Part shown: positions 36,372 through 44,709 of the stretch, piece after piece
How the letters are laid out: each line of letters begins with the position of its first letter
Numbering within the stretch: the first letter of the stretch is position 1
Assembly (NCBI GenBank): GCA_003542615.1
Contig: DPKG01000014.1
Span: 8,521-72,520 of the forward strand
Direction of reading: 5' to 3'
Source: Candidatus Shapirobacteria bacterium
GTDB lineage: Bacteria; Patescibacteriota; Microgenomatia; UBA12405
DNA: 64,000 nt
The notes under the pieces: generated by a model
Told to the model about the DNA's origin: nothing
The model's database searches: none
Seen by the model: the letters and a program-made list of their open reading frames with translations, nothing else
Made by a program: the position numbers and the translations under genes

Positions 36372-36833
36372 ATGAAAAAAGAAAAAACTCAAATCCCCTC
36401 TTCCTTGGATGAATTAGAAGGTTTGTTAAATGAATATTTTGGTATAAAGGCACCACAATTGCCGGAAAATGTAAAAGAGATTTTGGTGAAATTCGGACCT
36501 TATATTACTTTGGCTATTTTGTTTTTTAGTCTTCCTTTTATTTTGGGAGTGTTGGGATTGGGAGCGGTGATGTCACCATTTGCAATGATGGGTGGAGCAA
36601 GATTAGGGGCAGGATATATGCTTGGAATTTTGGTAGCGGTGGTGAGTTTGGTGTTGGAAATTGTGGCTTTACCGGGATTATTTAAAAGAGAGATAAAAAG
36701 CTGGAGAATGTTGTTTTGGGTATCGTTGGTGACAGCGGTCGGGGCGATATTCAGATTTGATTTGGGAGCTTTGGTGGTGGGTTCGATAGTGTCTTGGTAC
36801 TTTTTGTTTCAAATCAGATCTTACTATAAATAG
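36372..36833 (+). CDS. hypothetical membrane protein (153 aa)
   Basis: 3-4 TM helices. Confidence 0.4.
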   Translation: MKKEKTQIPSSLDELEGLLNEYFGIKAPQLPENVKEILVKFGPYITLAILFFSLPFILGVLGLGAVMSPFAMMGGARLGAGYMLGILVAVVSLVLEIVALPGLFKREIKSWRMLFWVSLVTAVGAIFRFDLGALVVGSIVSWYFLFQIRSYYK

Positions 36834-36847
36834 AGTTATAATGGTGG

Positions 36848-37651
36848 ATGTCAGAAAAAGTCAGGTATTTTGAGGGATATTTGAGTCCGGTGGAGGAAGA
36901 ATTGGCGTTTGTGGAGAGATGCCGAGTTAATGGGGTCAAGCAAATTATTTTGGACTGGGACGATACAATTGGGAAGACAGTAGGAATTTTTAAAAAGCAG
37001 ATGGATAGATGTTATGATTTTTTGGCTGAAAGAGCGCCAATTTTGAGTAGAGAAGAATGGAGGGAGAGAATAGTATTTCATAATAATAATTCTTTTGAAA
37101 CCCATGGAGTAAATCCAATAAGGTGGTCAGTAGTAATGGATTTAGTGCAGAGAGAAACAGGATTGGATAAAAAAAATACCAGGGGTGCAGTAAAAATTTT
37201 GGGGCATATTTATAAAACCAGACAGGAATTTTTACCGGGAGCAGAGGAGGGGTTGCAGTTTTTGGTGAAAACAGGAATGCCAATCGGTATTGGTACACAC
37301 GCGAATTGGGATTGGACAAGATTTAAATATAATTGTTTAAAGATGCACAGATATGTACCTTGGGATGATGTTTATATATTTGATGAAAATGGGCATAAAA
37401 CTCCGAAAGAATGGGATAAAGGAATTAGGAAATATTTTAAGGTAAGACCAGAAAGATGTATGCTGGTTGGAGACAGTCCAAGGTCAGATATTAATCCGGC
37501 TATCGAAATCGGGGTCAGGGCGGAGAACTGTGTGTGGATTACCGGAAACGGAACGGAATTGTGGTCGATACATCAACAGGCGGTACCAGCGGAAGTGAGA
37601 AGGATGTCAAATATAAACGGACTGCGAAATTTGGGAAGAGAAGTAATTTAG
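36848..37651 (+). CDS. HAD-superfamily hydrolase
   Basis: Motif I 'ILDWDDTIG' (DxDxT) and motif IV 'VGDSPRSDI'. Confidence 0.55.
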   Translation: MSEKVRYFEGYLSPVEEELAFVERCRVNGVKQIILDWDDTIGKTVGIFKKQMDRCYDFLAERAPILSREEWRERIVFHNNNSFETHGVNPIRWSVVMDLVQRETGLDKKNTRGAVKILGHIYKTRQEFLPGAEEGLQFLVKTGMPIGIGTHANWDWTRFKYNCLKMHRYVPWDDVYIFDENGHKTPKEWDKGIRKYFKVRPERCMLVGDSPRSDINPAIEIGVRAENCVWITGNGTELWSIHQQAVPAEVRRMSNINGLRNLGREVI

Positions 37652-37654
37652 CAT

Positions 37655-37691
37655 AAAAATAGCCCCGATATAAAACCGGAGCTATTTTTTT
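37655..37691. terminator. putative bidirectional terminator between convergent genes
   Basis: AAAAATAGC-(17 nt)-GCTATTTTTTT: a 9-bp A/T-rich stem flanked by A and T runs. Confidence 0.35.
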
Positions 37692-37703
37692 AGAAGCTAA
37701 AGT

Positions 37704-38072
37704 TTAGTTGGAAGAACGGTAACCCATTCCCCGACCCTGACCTTTGCCCTGACCCTGACCCATGCCATACTTAGTTTTGAATTCATTAAGTTTGGTATAG
37801 TCCCCTTTTTCGGCGTCCAAATGAGCGGCGGCGAATTCGGAGAAGTTGTCGGCATTAACAAAACGAGTAGCACCACGACCATCCATGAGATCTGCCCATG
37901 ATTGATAGTTTTTATTTTGAAAAGCTTGCAACATTGAATCATGGCGTTCTTCAGTGTAGTTGGGACCCTTGACAGCCGGGTCGCCCTGATAGGCAAGAAC
38001 AGGAGTAAATGATTTAACAGCAACTAAGCCTAGAGTAAGGGCGGCTAACCCTAAAACGATATTGGTTTTCAT
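37704..38072 (-). CDS. small secreted protein (122 aa)
   Basis: Signal peptide 'GLAALTLGLVAVKS'; Gly-rich C-tail 'GQGQGKGQGRGMGY'. Confidence 0.4.
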   Translation of the reverse strand: MKTNIVLGLAALTLGLVAVKSFTPVLAYQGDPAVKGPNYTEERHDSMLQAFQNKNYQSWADLMDGRGATRFVNADNFSEFAAAHLDAEKGDYTKLNEFKTKYGMGQGQGKGQGRGMGYRSSN

Positions 38073-38155
38073 ATTTTTTTTAATTATTAATTTGTAGATA
38101 GTTTCCGGATGAGCTATCTAGTATTAATACAGCGGCAAGATACCATTTCTTTCAT

Positions 38156-38806
38156 TTATCTAAAACCCCAGGGTCGGATTTCATTTACTTTGAAACTATC
38201 GGAGGATAATTGCTGACCAATCAATTTAATTTCAAGACCGACAGTGAGGGAAGCCCAACCACGAATAAGAGGTTGGTCGTGGGTGATAGTCCAGGTTTTG
38301 CCGTTAAAATCGAGGAGAGTAAATTGATTTGCGGTGTCGAGGCTGATAATTTTGCCGGAAAGATAGCCTGATGAGGGATCTGACCAAACCTGCTGTTTGA
38401 GAGGGGCCAGAGAGCGATATATTTTGAAACGATGAGCCAGATAATTATCGGTGAGAGGAGCGGCATTGAGCTGGTGAAAAATCAGACCAATAGTTGCACC
38501 AAAAAATAAAATTGAAATAATTAGAATTTTGGGGTCAAGGCGGTAAGATTTTTTGGTATGACGAAGAAAGTAAGTGGTAACTAATACAAAGAAAAAGGCA
38601 GTAATAGACCAAAAGTAAGGGGTAAATTCGGGATTCTGAATCATATAAACTGAAAGTGAGAGACCGAGGGCGAAAACCAGAAGTGAAAGGAGGGCAAGGG
38701 TCCAAAAAAAGATATTCCGACTCAAAAAGTGCCAACGGGGAGTTGGTTTGAGGTGTTGTTGCTGAATGGTTTTTAGCGCTTTTTGGCTAATACTGGTTTT
38801 GGTCAT
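38156..38806 (-). CDS. putative anti-sigma factor (membrane protein encoded downstream of the ECF sigma)
   Basis: Overlaps the sigma gene 3' end; 2-3 TM then an extracytoplasmic C-domain. Assignment by context only. Confidence 0.35.
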   Translation of the reverse strand: MTKTSISQKALKTIQQQHLKPTPRWHFLSRNIFFWTLALLSLLVFALGLSLSVYMIQNPEFTPYFWSITAFFFVLVTTYFLRHTKKSYRLDPKILIISILFFGATIGLIFHQLNAAPLTDNYLAHRFKIYRSLAPLKQQVWSDPSSGYLSGKIISLDTANQFTLLDFNGKTWTITHDQPLIRGWASLTVGLEIKLIGQQLSSDSFKVNEIRPWGFR

Positions 38807-39365
38807 AGATTGTTTTAAATTGTTTTTTGGCCCGATTAATAAGGGTAGCGACGGTACCCATGGGCTTTTGTAAAATGTGACTAATTTCTTTATAATCTTT
38901 GTCCTGTAAGAATTTTAAGACAAGAACCTGTTGATATTCCGGTTTAAGTTGAGCTAAGATCAACCGGATGTAGTCCTGAAATTGGGAATCCTGAGTTTGT
39001 TTTTCGATGTCGGTGTCACTAACTAACCAATTGGTAATTTCACTATAATCATCATCGATGTTTAAGGTCTGGGTCTTTTTTGATTTTTTGAGGAAGTTGA
39101 CGGATTGATTGTGGACGATACGATATATCCAGGAAGAAAATTTAAAGTCAAAATCAAAATCATTTAGGTTTTGATAAGCCTTGACAAAAGAATTTTGAAT
39201 AATATCGTCGATATCTGATTGAGATAAAAAAGTCAGATGGTGGACATAGGCGGCCAGTTGTTTTTCGTAACGTGACATAAGGCAATAATAATAATTACTG
39301 TCGTCAAGAGAAAGACGGACCAATTGATGATCGTCTAGAGATTGACAAAGTTTTGGATCAAACAT
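38787..39365 (-). CDS. RNA polymerase ECF-type sigma-70 factor
   Basis: Region 2 'IIQNSFVKAYQNLNDF' and region 4 HTH 'YKEISHILQKPMGTVATLINRAKKQF'. Confidence 0.7.
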   Translation of the reverse strand: MFDPKLCQSLDDHQLVRLSLDDSNYYYCLMSRYEKQLAAYVHHLTFLSQSDIDDIIQNSFVKAYQNLNDFDFDFKFSSWIYRIVHNQSVNFLKKSKKTQTLNIDDDYSEITNWLVSDTDIEKQTQDSQFQDYIRLILAQLKPEYQQVLVLKFLQDKDYKEISHILQKPMGTVATLINRAKKQFKTIYDQNQY

Positions 39366-39430
39366 AGAGAGATATCTTTAATTATTACAAAAATTTCGGC
39401 AATTTTCTTTCAGTTTGATAGAATAGCGGC

Positions 39431-39949
39431 ATGAAATTGTTGATTCACGCTTGTTGTGCGGATTGTGTGTTGAAATTTTTGGAATCAAAAAGTGAGAAAA
39501 AATGGGAGGAGATGGCGGTGTATTATTACAATCCAAACATTCAGCCCCGATCGGAATATTTGAGCAGACTAAAGGCAATACAAAAAGTTTTGGAAAATAA
39601 AGAGGTGAAATTGATTATTCCGGATTGGAGTCCAAGAGAATATTTTGAGGTGGTTAAAACAGAAAAAGGGAGATGTGTAAAGTGTTGGAATTTGAGGTTG
39701 GGAAAAACGGCAGAATATGCAAAAAAGAACGGGTTTGAATATTTTTCGTCGACTTTGGTGACTTCACAATATCAAAATAGAAAAATGATAGAGGTGATTG
39801 CCGATAAGTTGGCAGCAGAAAAGGAAGTGAAGTTTTTTGTACCAAAAAAAGTATGTTGTGATCTTAAAACGGCAGGTTTTTATAAACAATTTTATTGCGG
39901 GTGTGTGTATTCGCTGAGGGAGCGGTTTGAGGAAAAATATAAAAAATAA
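39431..39949 (+). CDS. queH: epoxyqueuosine reductase QueH (DUF208)
   Basis: N-terminal 'LLIHACCADC', mid 'CVKCWNLRL', C-terminal 'CGCVYS' Cys ligands; 172 aa. Confidence 0.6.
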   Translation: MKLLIHACCADCVLKFLESKSEKKWEEMAVYYYNPNIQPRSEYLSRLKAIQKVLENKEVKLIIPDWSPREYFEVVKTEKGRCVKCWNLRLGKTAEYAKKNGFEYFSSTLVTSQYQNRKMIEVIADKLAAEKEVKFFVPKKVCCDLKTAGFYKQFYCGCVYSLRERFEEKYKK

Positions 39950-39951
39950 GT

Positions 39952-40893
39952 TCAGTTTGGGGGGTTGGCTACCTGATTGAGACGCTCTTCTATAGCCGGA
40001 TCGAGCTTGGCATAATGCAACTCTTTGGCTTCGTACATATTTTTGTCGGCACGGGTGAAAGTGTCCCAAAGATCTCTGTCTTTGGACGGATCGTAAAGGG
40101 CAAAACCAAGAGAAATACTAACTTCGGGAAGATTGGGGTTTTCCAGATTGTTTTGGTCAATGGCTTCCTGAAGACGTTTTTTGACAATATCCATATTTTC
40201 GGGAAGAATTTCGAGCAGGGCAGTAAATTCATCACCGCCGATACGGGAAGGGATATCCTCTTCTCTTAAGACTTTTTTTAAAATCTCGGCGACTCTTTTG
40301 AGGTGAATATCGCCTTTAGCATGGCCTATTTCATTGCCATTTTCGTCGACCTCGTCATTAATAACTTTTAGTCCGTCAACATCTAAATAGACGGCGGTCA
40401 GAGGAGGGATTGTTTGCTCGGGATGGGATCGGGATAAACGATTGTGCTGAGCCAAACGAAGGGATATTTGTTCCATAAAATAGGCGCGATTGTGAAGTCC
40501 AGTAAGAGGGTCTTTGTTTTGCTGAGTGGTGTCGAATTCCTGACAGGTATAGCCGAGACAATTTCCCTGGGGGTCAAAAACGGCTTTGATATTTCGGGTA
40601 TACCAAATTAAGTTTTCATTATCGTCGGGCTTTTCGGAATGGTCGTGTTGAATAATGGGGTTGTCGGGGGTTAATTGAGTGTAAACATTTTTGAGATCTT
40701 TTGGATCGTATGGACCGTGGATATTGAAGATATTAGGTTTTGTAAAAATTTCTTGAAAACCATCGTTTTTTGATAAAATATTGCCTTTTGGGTCGGCAAA
40801 ACAAGTCGGGTACGGAAGCATGTTGAGGATTTCTTTCGTGAGTAAGGGCGTTTTTTGGATTTCGATTGGAGGGGTTTCAAGAAAAGCATCCAT
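39952..40893 (-). CDS. diguanylate cyclase (GGDEF) with N-terminal PAS-like sensor
   Basis: 'LTGLHNRAYF', 'YLDVDGLKVINDE', 'RIGGDEFTALLE'. Confidence 0.8.
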   Translation of the reverse strand: MDAFLETPPIEIQKTPLLTKEILNMLPYPTCFADPKGNILSKNDGFQEIFTKPNIFNIHGPYDPKDLKNVYTQLTPDNPIIQHDHSEKPDDNENLIWYTRNIKAVFDPQGNCLGYTCQEFDTTQQNKDPLTGLHNRAYFMEQISLRLAQHNRLSRSHPEQTIPPLTAVYLDVDGLKVINDEVDENGNEIGHAKGDIHLKRVAEILKKVLREEDIPSRIGGDEFTALLEILPENMDIVKKRLQEAIDQNNLENPNLPEVSISLGFALYDPSKDRDLWDTFTRADKNMYEAKELHYAKLDPAIEERLNQVANPPN

Positions 40894-40985
40894 AGATAAG
40901 TATGATTATATAGGAAAATTATATCTAGAAAAACATGTAAGAATTTTAAGCTGATTACTACACAAATAGTAGATGGAGGTATATA

Positions 40986-41174
40986 GTGATAGGTCATATG
41001 AATAAAAACCAAATATTTTTGGTGATTGGCGGAGTATTTTTAATATCTTTGATATGGTCAAGAGAAATAGTTTTAAATTACACCGGTGATTTGAGTAAAA
41101 TTTTAGGGTTGGGGGCTTTGGTAATAGGATATTTTTTGAAGCGAGTGACCGATCGGGTTTTTATAAATAAATGA
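40986..41174 (+). CDS. small membrane protein (62 aa)
   Basis: Two TM helices; uncertain. Confidence 0.3.
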   Translation: MIGHMNKNQIFLVIGGVFLISLIWSREIVLNYTGDLSKILGLGALVIGYFLKRVTDRVFINK

Positions 41175-41187
41175 GGTAAAATAAATT

Positions 41188-41427
41188 ATGACAACAAAAA
41201 AAGACACTTTTGAAGTAAAAGGGGAAGATTTAATCGCCAAGGTAAAGGAACTGATAAATGAAGGAAATGTCCGCCAGATTTCGATTATCGATAAAAACGG
41301 AAAAACAATAGTGATATTACCTTTGACTTTGGGAGTGGTGGGGGCAGTGTTGGTGCCGGTATTGGCGGCAGTGGGGGCGATAGCGGCTTTGGTAACGGAA
41401 TGCACCATAAAAGTTGAGAGAAAATAA
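41188..41427 (+). CDS. DUF4342 family protein
   Basis: 'ELINEGNVRQISIIDKNGKTIVILPLTLGVVGAVLVPVLAAVGAIAALVTECTIKVER' matches the conserved DUF4342 core. Confidence 0.55.
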   Translation: MTTKKDTFEVKGEDLIAKVKELINEGNVRQISIIDKNGKTIVILPLTLGVVGAVLVPVLAAVGAIAALVTECTIKVERK

Positions 41428-41447
41428 TAAAAATATGGAAGGATGAA

Positions 41448-41789
41448 ATGATTAATTTAATTGAAAAAGGGAAATATAAATTAATTGAAACGAAAGGGCA
41501 AGTGAAGATTTTGTATCTGGGGAAAAAACAATTTGCCTGGGTGTGGGTGGAGGAGATTGGAGAAATATTGGTGAGTTCGTATACAGAGCATGAAACCGAT
41601 CAATTGTTGGCGGTGGGAAAATATGAAATATATGAGGTAGAAAATGAGCCTAAGCTAGCGGATTTAATGCATTTAGAATTGGAGGTGGGGGAAGGATTAC
41701 GACAGGGATATTTATTGCTGACCGGGTTGCCGGATGAGGAAAAGAAAAGAGCCAGAATAATTCCGACGAAAGAATTGGTGATCAGGTAG
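41448..41789 (+). CDS. hypothetical protein (113 aa)
   Basis: No family recognised. Confidence 0.35.
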   Translation: MINLIEKGKYKLIETKGQVKILYLGKKQFAWVWVEEIGEILVSSYTEHETDQLLAVGKYEIYEVENEPKLADLMHLELEVGEGLRQGYLLLTGLPDEEKKRARIIPTKELVIR

Positions 41790-41791
41790 AA

Positions 41792-42961
41792 TTGGGAGTG
41801 ATGGAATTATCAACAGATCAAAAGAAAGCGCTGGATACTTTGATGGGGTGGAGTAAAAAAATGGGAGAAAATCAGTTTTTGACTTTGGGTGGTTATGCAG
41901 GAACGGGAAAAACAACCTTGATTTCGGTGTACAGAAAAAAAATCAGAGAAGAAAACAAAAAAATAAGAGTGGCTTTTGCCAGTTTTACGGGTAAGGCAAC
42001 GAGAGTGTTGAGAGGGAAATTGGCGGAAATGGAAACGGTATACAAAGAAGACAGTATCGGAACGATACATTCATTGATTTATAGCCCAATAGTCGATACT
42101 AAAAAAAATATTGTGGGGTGGAAAAAAAAAGATGAGATTGAGGCGGATTTGATTGTGATTGATGAAGGATCGATGGTTGACGGAACAATTTGGGGGGATT
42201 TGGTCAGTTATGGGTTGCCGATTGTGGTGGTGGGAGATCATGGTCAATTACCACCGATAAGAGGAGACTTTAATTTGATGGAGAGGCCAATGGTAAAACT
42301 GGAAAAAATCCATCGACAGGCGGAAAAAAATCCGATAATAAAGGTATCGATGTTGGCCAGAGAGGAAGGAAAAATCCCTTTTGAGAAATTTGGAAACGGA
42401 GTGGAAAAAATGAATAAAAGAGAAATGGATTGTCAGGAAAGAGTGGAGGAATTATTGGGAAACTTTACGACAGATTTGTTGGTATTGTGCGGATACAATA
42501 ATACCAGGGTAAAACTGAATAAATTTATTCGGGAAGGGATGCAATTTGAATCGGCCGAACCGACAGTGAATGACAGAGTAATATGTTTGAGAAATAATCA
42601 TAAGGTAGGAATTTATAACGGAATGTTGGGGATAATTGAAGGTTTGAAAAGCAAGGATGATCAATGGTTTAAGGCTGAAATTAAAATGGACGGAGAACAA
42701 GATAGTTACGAAGGGTTGATTTTGAAATCACAATTTAACAGTCAGGAAGCAATGAACTTTAGTAAAAACCGATATTTGACCATAAAAGGAGACTTGTTTG
42801 ATTTTGGTTATGCCCTGACGGTACATAAGGCTCAGGGCAGTCAGGCAAAGAGGGTGGTACTGTTTGAGGAGAGATTTTCACAGATGGATGAGAATATGTG
42901 GAGAAGATGGTTGTATACAGCAGTCACCAGAGCCGAGGAAGAACTATTTATTGTGGGTTGA
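41792..42961 (+). CDS. SF1B DNA helicase, Dda/RecD-like (AAA_30 + UvrD_C_2)
   Basis: Walker A 'GYAGTGKTT', Walker B 'LIVIDEGSMV', motif VI 'ALTVHKAQGSQ'; 389 aa like phage Dda. Confidence 0.7.
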   Translation: MGVMELSTDQKKALDTLMGWSKKMGENQFLTLGGYAGTGKTTLISVYRKKIREENKKIRVAFASFTGKATRVLRGKLAEMETVYKEDSIGTIHSLIYSPIVDTKKNIVGWKKKDEIEADLIVIDEGSMVDGTIWGDLVSYGLPIVVVGDHGQLPPIRGDFNLMERPMVKLEKIHRQAEKNPIIKVSMLAREEGKIPFEKFGNGVEKMNKREMDCQERVEELLGNFTTDLLVLCGYNNTRVKLNKFIREGMQFESAEPTVNDRVICLRNNHKVGIYNGMLGIIEGLKSKDDQWFKAEIKMDGEQDSYEGLILKSQFNSQEAMNFSKNRYLTIKGDLFDFGYALTVHKAQGSQAKRVVLFEERFSQMDENMWRRWLYTAVTRAEEELFIVG

Positions 42962-44089
42962 TGATGGCAGGAAACTCAAAAAGAAAGCTCCCAAGCCAAG
43001 AAAAAATGAGACCATGGCTATAAACCAACCAACAAAGGGAATATTAAATATCAGCCAAAGTACGGGAAGACCAATGAGGAGGTAGTAAGTCGGCTGAAAA
43101 TACTTGTCGGAAAGGTTGAAGCGGTGAACGAGCATCTGACCAAAACTTAGGGAGCTGTAAACGGTGGCGGTGATAATGGCGATAATATAGACAAAAAGAA
43201 TTAAAAAAGCCAGCGGAATACCAATGACAGTAATAAGTAAAATAATAAAGGCAAAGGGGGTAAGAATTAGGACGGCGAAACCTACCAAAAAAGCAACGAG
43301 ACTACGGGTATTGATGATGGATATAATAGATAGTGTCCTTTTTGGATTTAGACTAAGAAGAACCAGACCAATAATCAAAAAGGAAATAATGGAATAAATT
43401 ACATGGACAAAATTGGCAACGGGAGTAATGATTGGTTGTTTTGGAGTGGTCGGGGTGTCAAGACGGTGAGCCGAAATAGTGCCAGCCACAAGTTCTTTGT
43501 TGAGATTGACTTGAATGTCTTGGGGAATATAATAGTCTAAATTTCCAGCAATACTTGATTCAGGCTGGAGATTAATATTTTGGCCATAGAAATAGACATG
43601 GCGGACAACGGCGGTGTTGAGGGTGAAATTTTCACCGGCGACGGTTAGATCGCGGCCAAAGGTACCGGATAAATTTATATCCTGTCCGGCCAGGATGGCA
43701 TCTTGAGAAATATTGGCGGCGGGTTGGACGGTAAGGCTTTGACCAAGGGTGGTTAAATTGGAAACGCTGGCATCGGTAATAATATTTTGACCGGCGGCAA
43801 AGAGATTATTTTGGATAATACCACTAATTTTAATATTCTGACCAACACAAAAAATACTACCGTTGACTTGGGCATTGATGAGAATGTCACGGCCGGCACA
43901 ATATAAATCTCCATTTATAGTGGAGTTTATGGTAATTTGGCTCCCTGCTATCAGGACGGATTCGTCGTAAACTTGGTCCGAGGGGAGGTTAATGTTTTCC
44001 CCGCTTTGAAAGAACATGGCCCGAGCCGGGTTGGCAGAAATTAAAAATAAAATTAAAGTAAAAACTAGATTTTTGATGATATTTTTCAT
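42944..44089 (-). CDS. secreted beta-helical repeat (bactofilin/DUF583-like) domain fused to C-terminal polytopic membrane domain
   Basis: Signal peptide; tandem ~18-aa repeats 'INGDLYCAGRDILINAQVNGSIFCVGQNIKISG...'; about 5 C-terminal TM helices. Confidence 0.4.
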   Translation of the reverse strand: MKNIIKNLVFTLILFLISANPARAMFFQSGENINLPSDQVYDESVLIAGSQITINSTINGDLYCAGRDILINAQVNGSIFCVGQNIKISGIIQNNLFAAGQNIITDASVSNLTTLGQSLTVQPAANISQDAILAGQDINLSGTFGRDLTVAGENFTLNTAVVRHVYFYGQNINLQPESSIAGNLDYYIPQDIQVNLNKELVAGTISAHRLDTPTTPKQPIITPVANFVHVIYSIISFLIIGLVLLSLNPKRTLSIISIINTRSLVAFLVGFAVLILTPFAFIILLITVIGIPLAFLILFVYIIAIITATVYSSLSFGQMLVHRFNLSDKYFQPTYYLLIGLPVLWLIFNIPFVGWFIAMVSFFLGLGAFFLSFLPSSTHNK

Positions 44090-44205
44090 ATTTTAATAAT
44101 AATATGGAAATTTTCGGATTTCAAGATTTTTAATTAATTTAATAAAATACACAAATATTTTGCGACGTTGGATTTTTAAGATAGGGGATGGGGTAAGATT
44201 TTTTT

Positions 44206-44709
44206 TTGAGGTCGTGTAATAATATAAGTATGAAAAATGTAAAGTTGGTAGGATTTTCAATAATTGTTATTTTGTTGGGAACAATAGTCTTGATGATATT
44301 TGACGATGGGGGTACAAAAAATAAATTATTAAATACTTTGGCTGATAATAAGGAAGAAGTTAAGGTCTTAAAAGCTATAAATCCAAATGTGGTGGGAGGA
44401 GAGTTAAGTAATACAGTCGAGGAAGGAGAAGTAGTGCCAACTTCTAAGGTAGCCTTGGATGCAAGAGATGCTGATTTTAGTGAGGAAGGAAATTTGGTGG
44501 GAGATGAGTTGGTGTATGAAAAACCGGGACGGCCGGCAATAAGGGTAAAATTAGTTTTTAATTCGACCAGTTGGTGTGAGAATAAACCGTGTTTAATGGG
44601 GGCTAATCCTTCAATGGTAGGAAAATATGAAGACGGAACCAGGGTAAAAATTAGCGGGGAAAAAGAAGGAGAAGCGGTAAAAGTGTATGTGTTGAATGTT
44701 GTTGACTGA
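44206..44709 (+). CDS. hypothetical membrane-anchored protein (167 aa)
   Basis: N-terminal TM; no family recognised. Confidence 0.35.
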   Translation: MRSCNNISMKNVKLVGFSIIVILLGTIVLMIFDDGGTKNKLLNTLADNKEEVKVLKAINPNVVGGELSNTVEEGEVVPTSKVALDARDADFSEEGNLVGDELVYEKPGRPAIRVKLVFNSTSWCENKPCLMGANPSMVGKYEDGTRVKISGEKEGEAVKVYVLNVVD

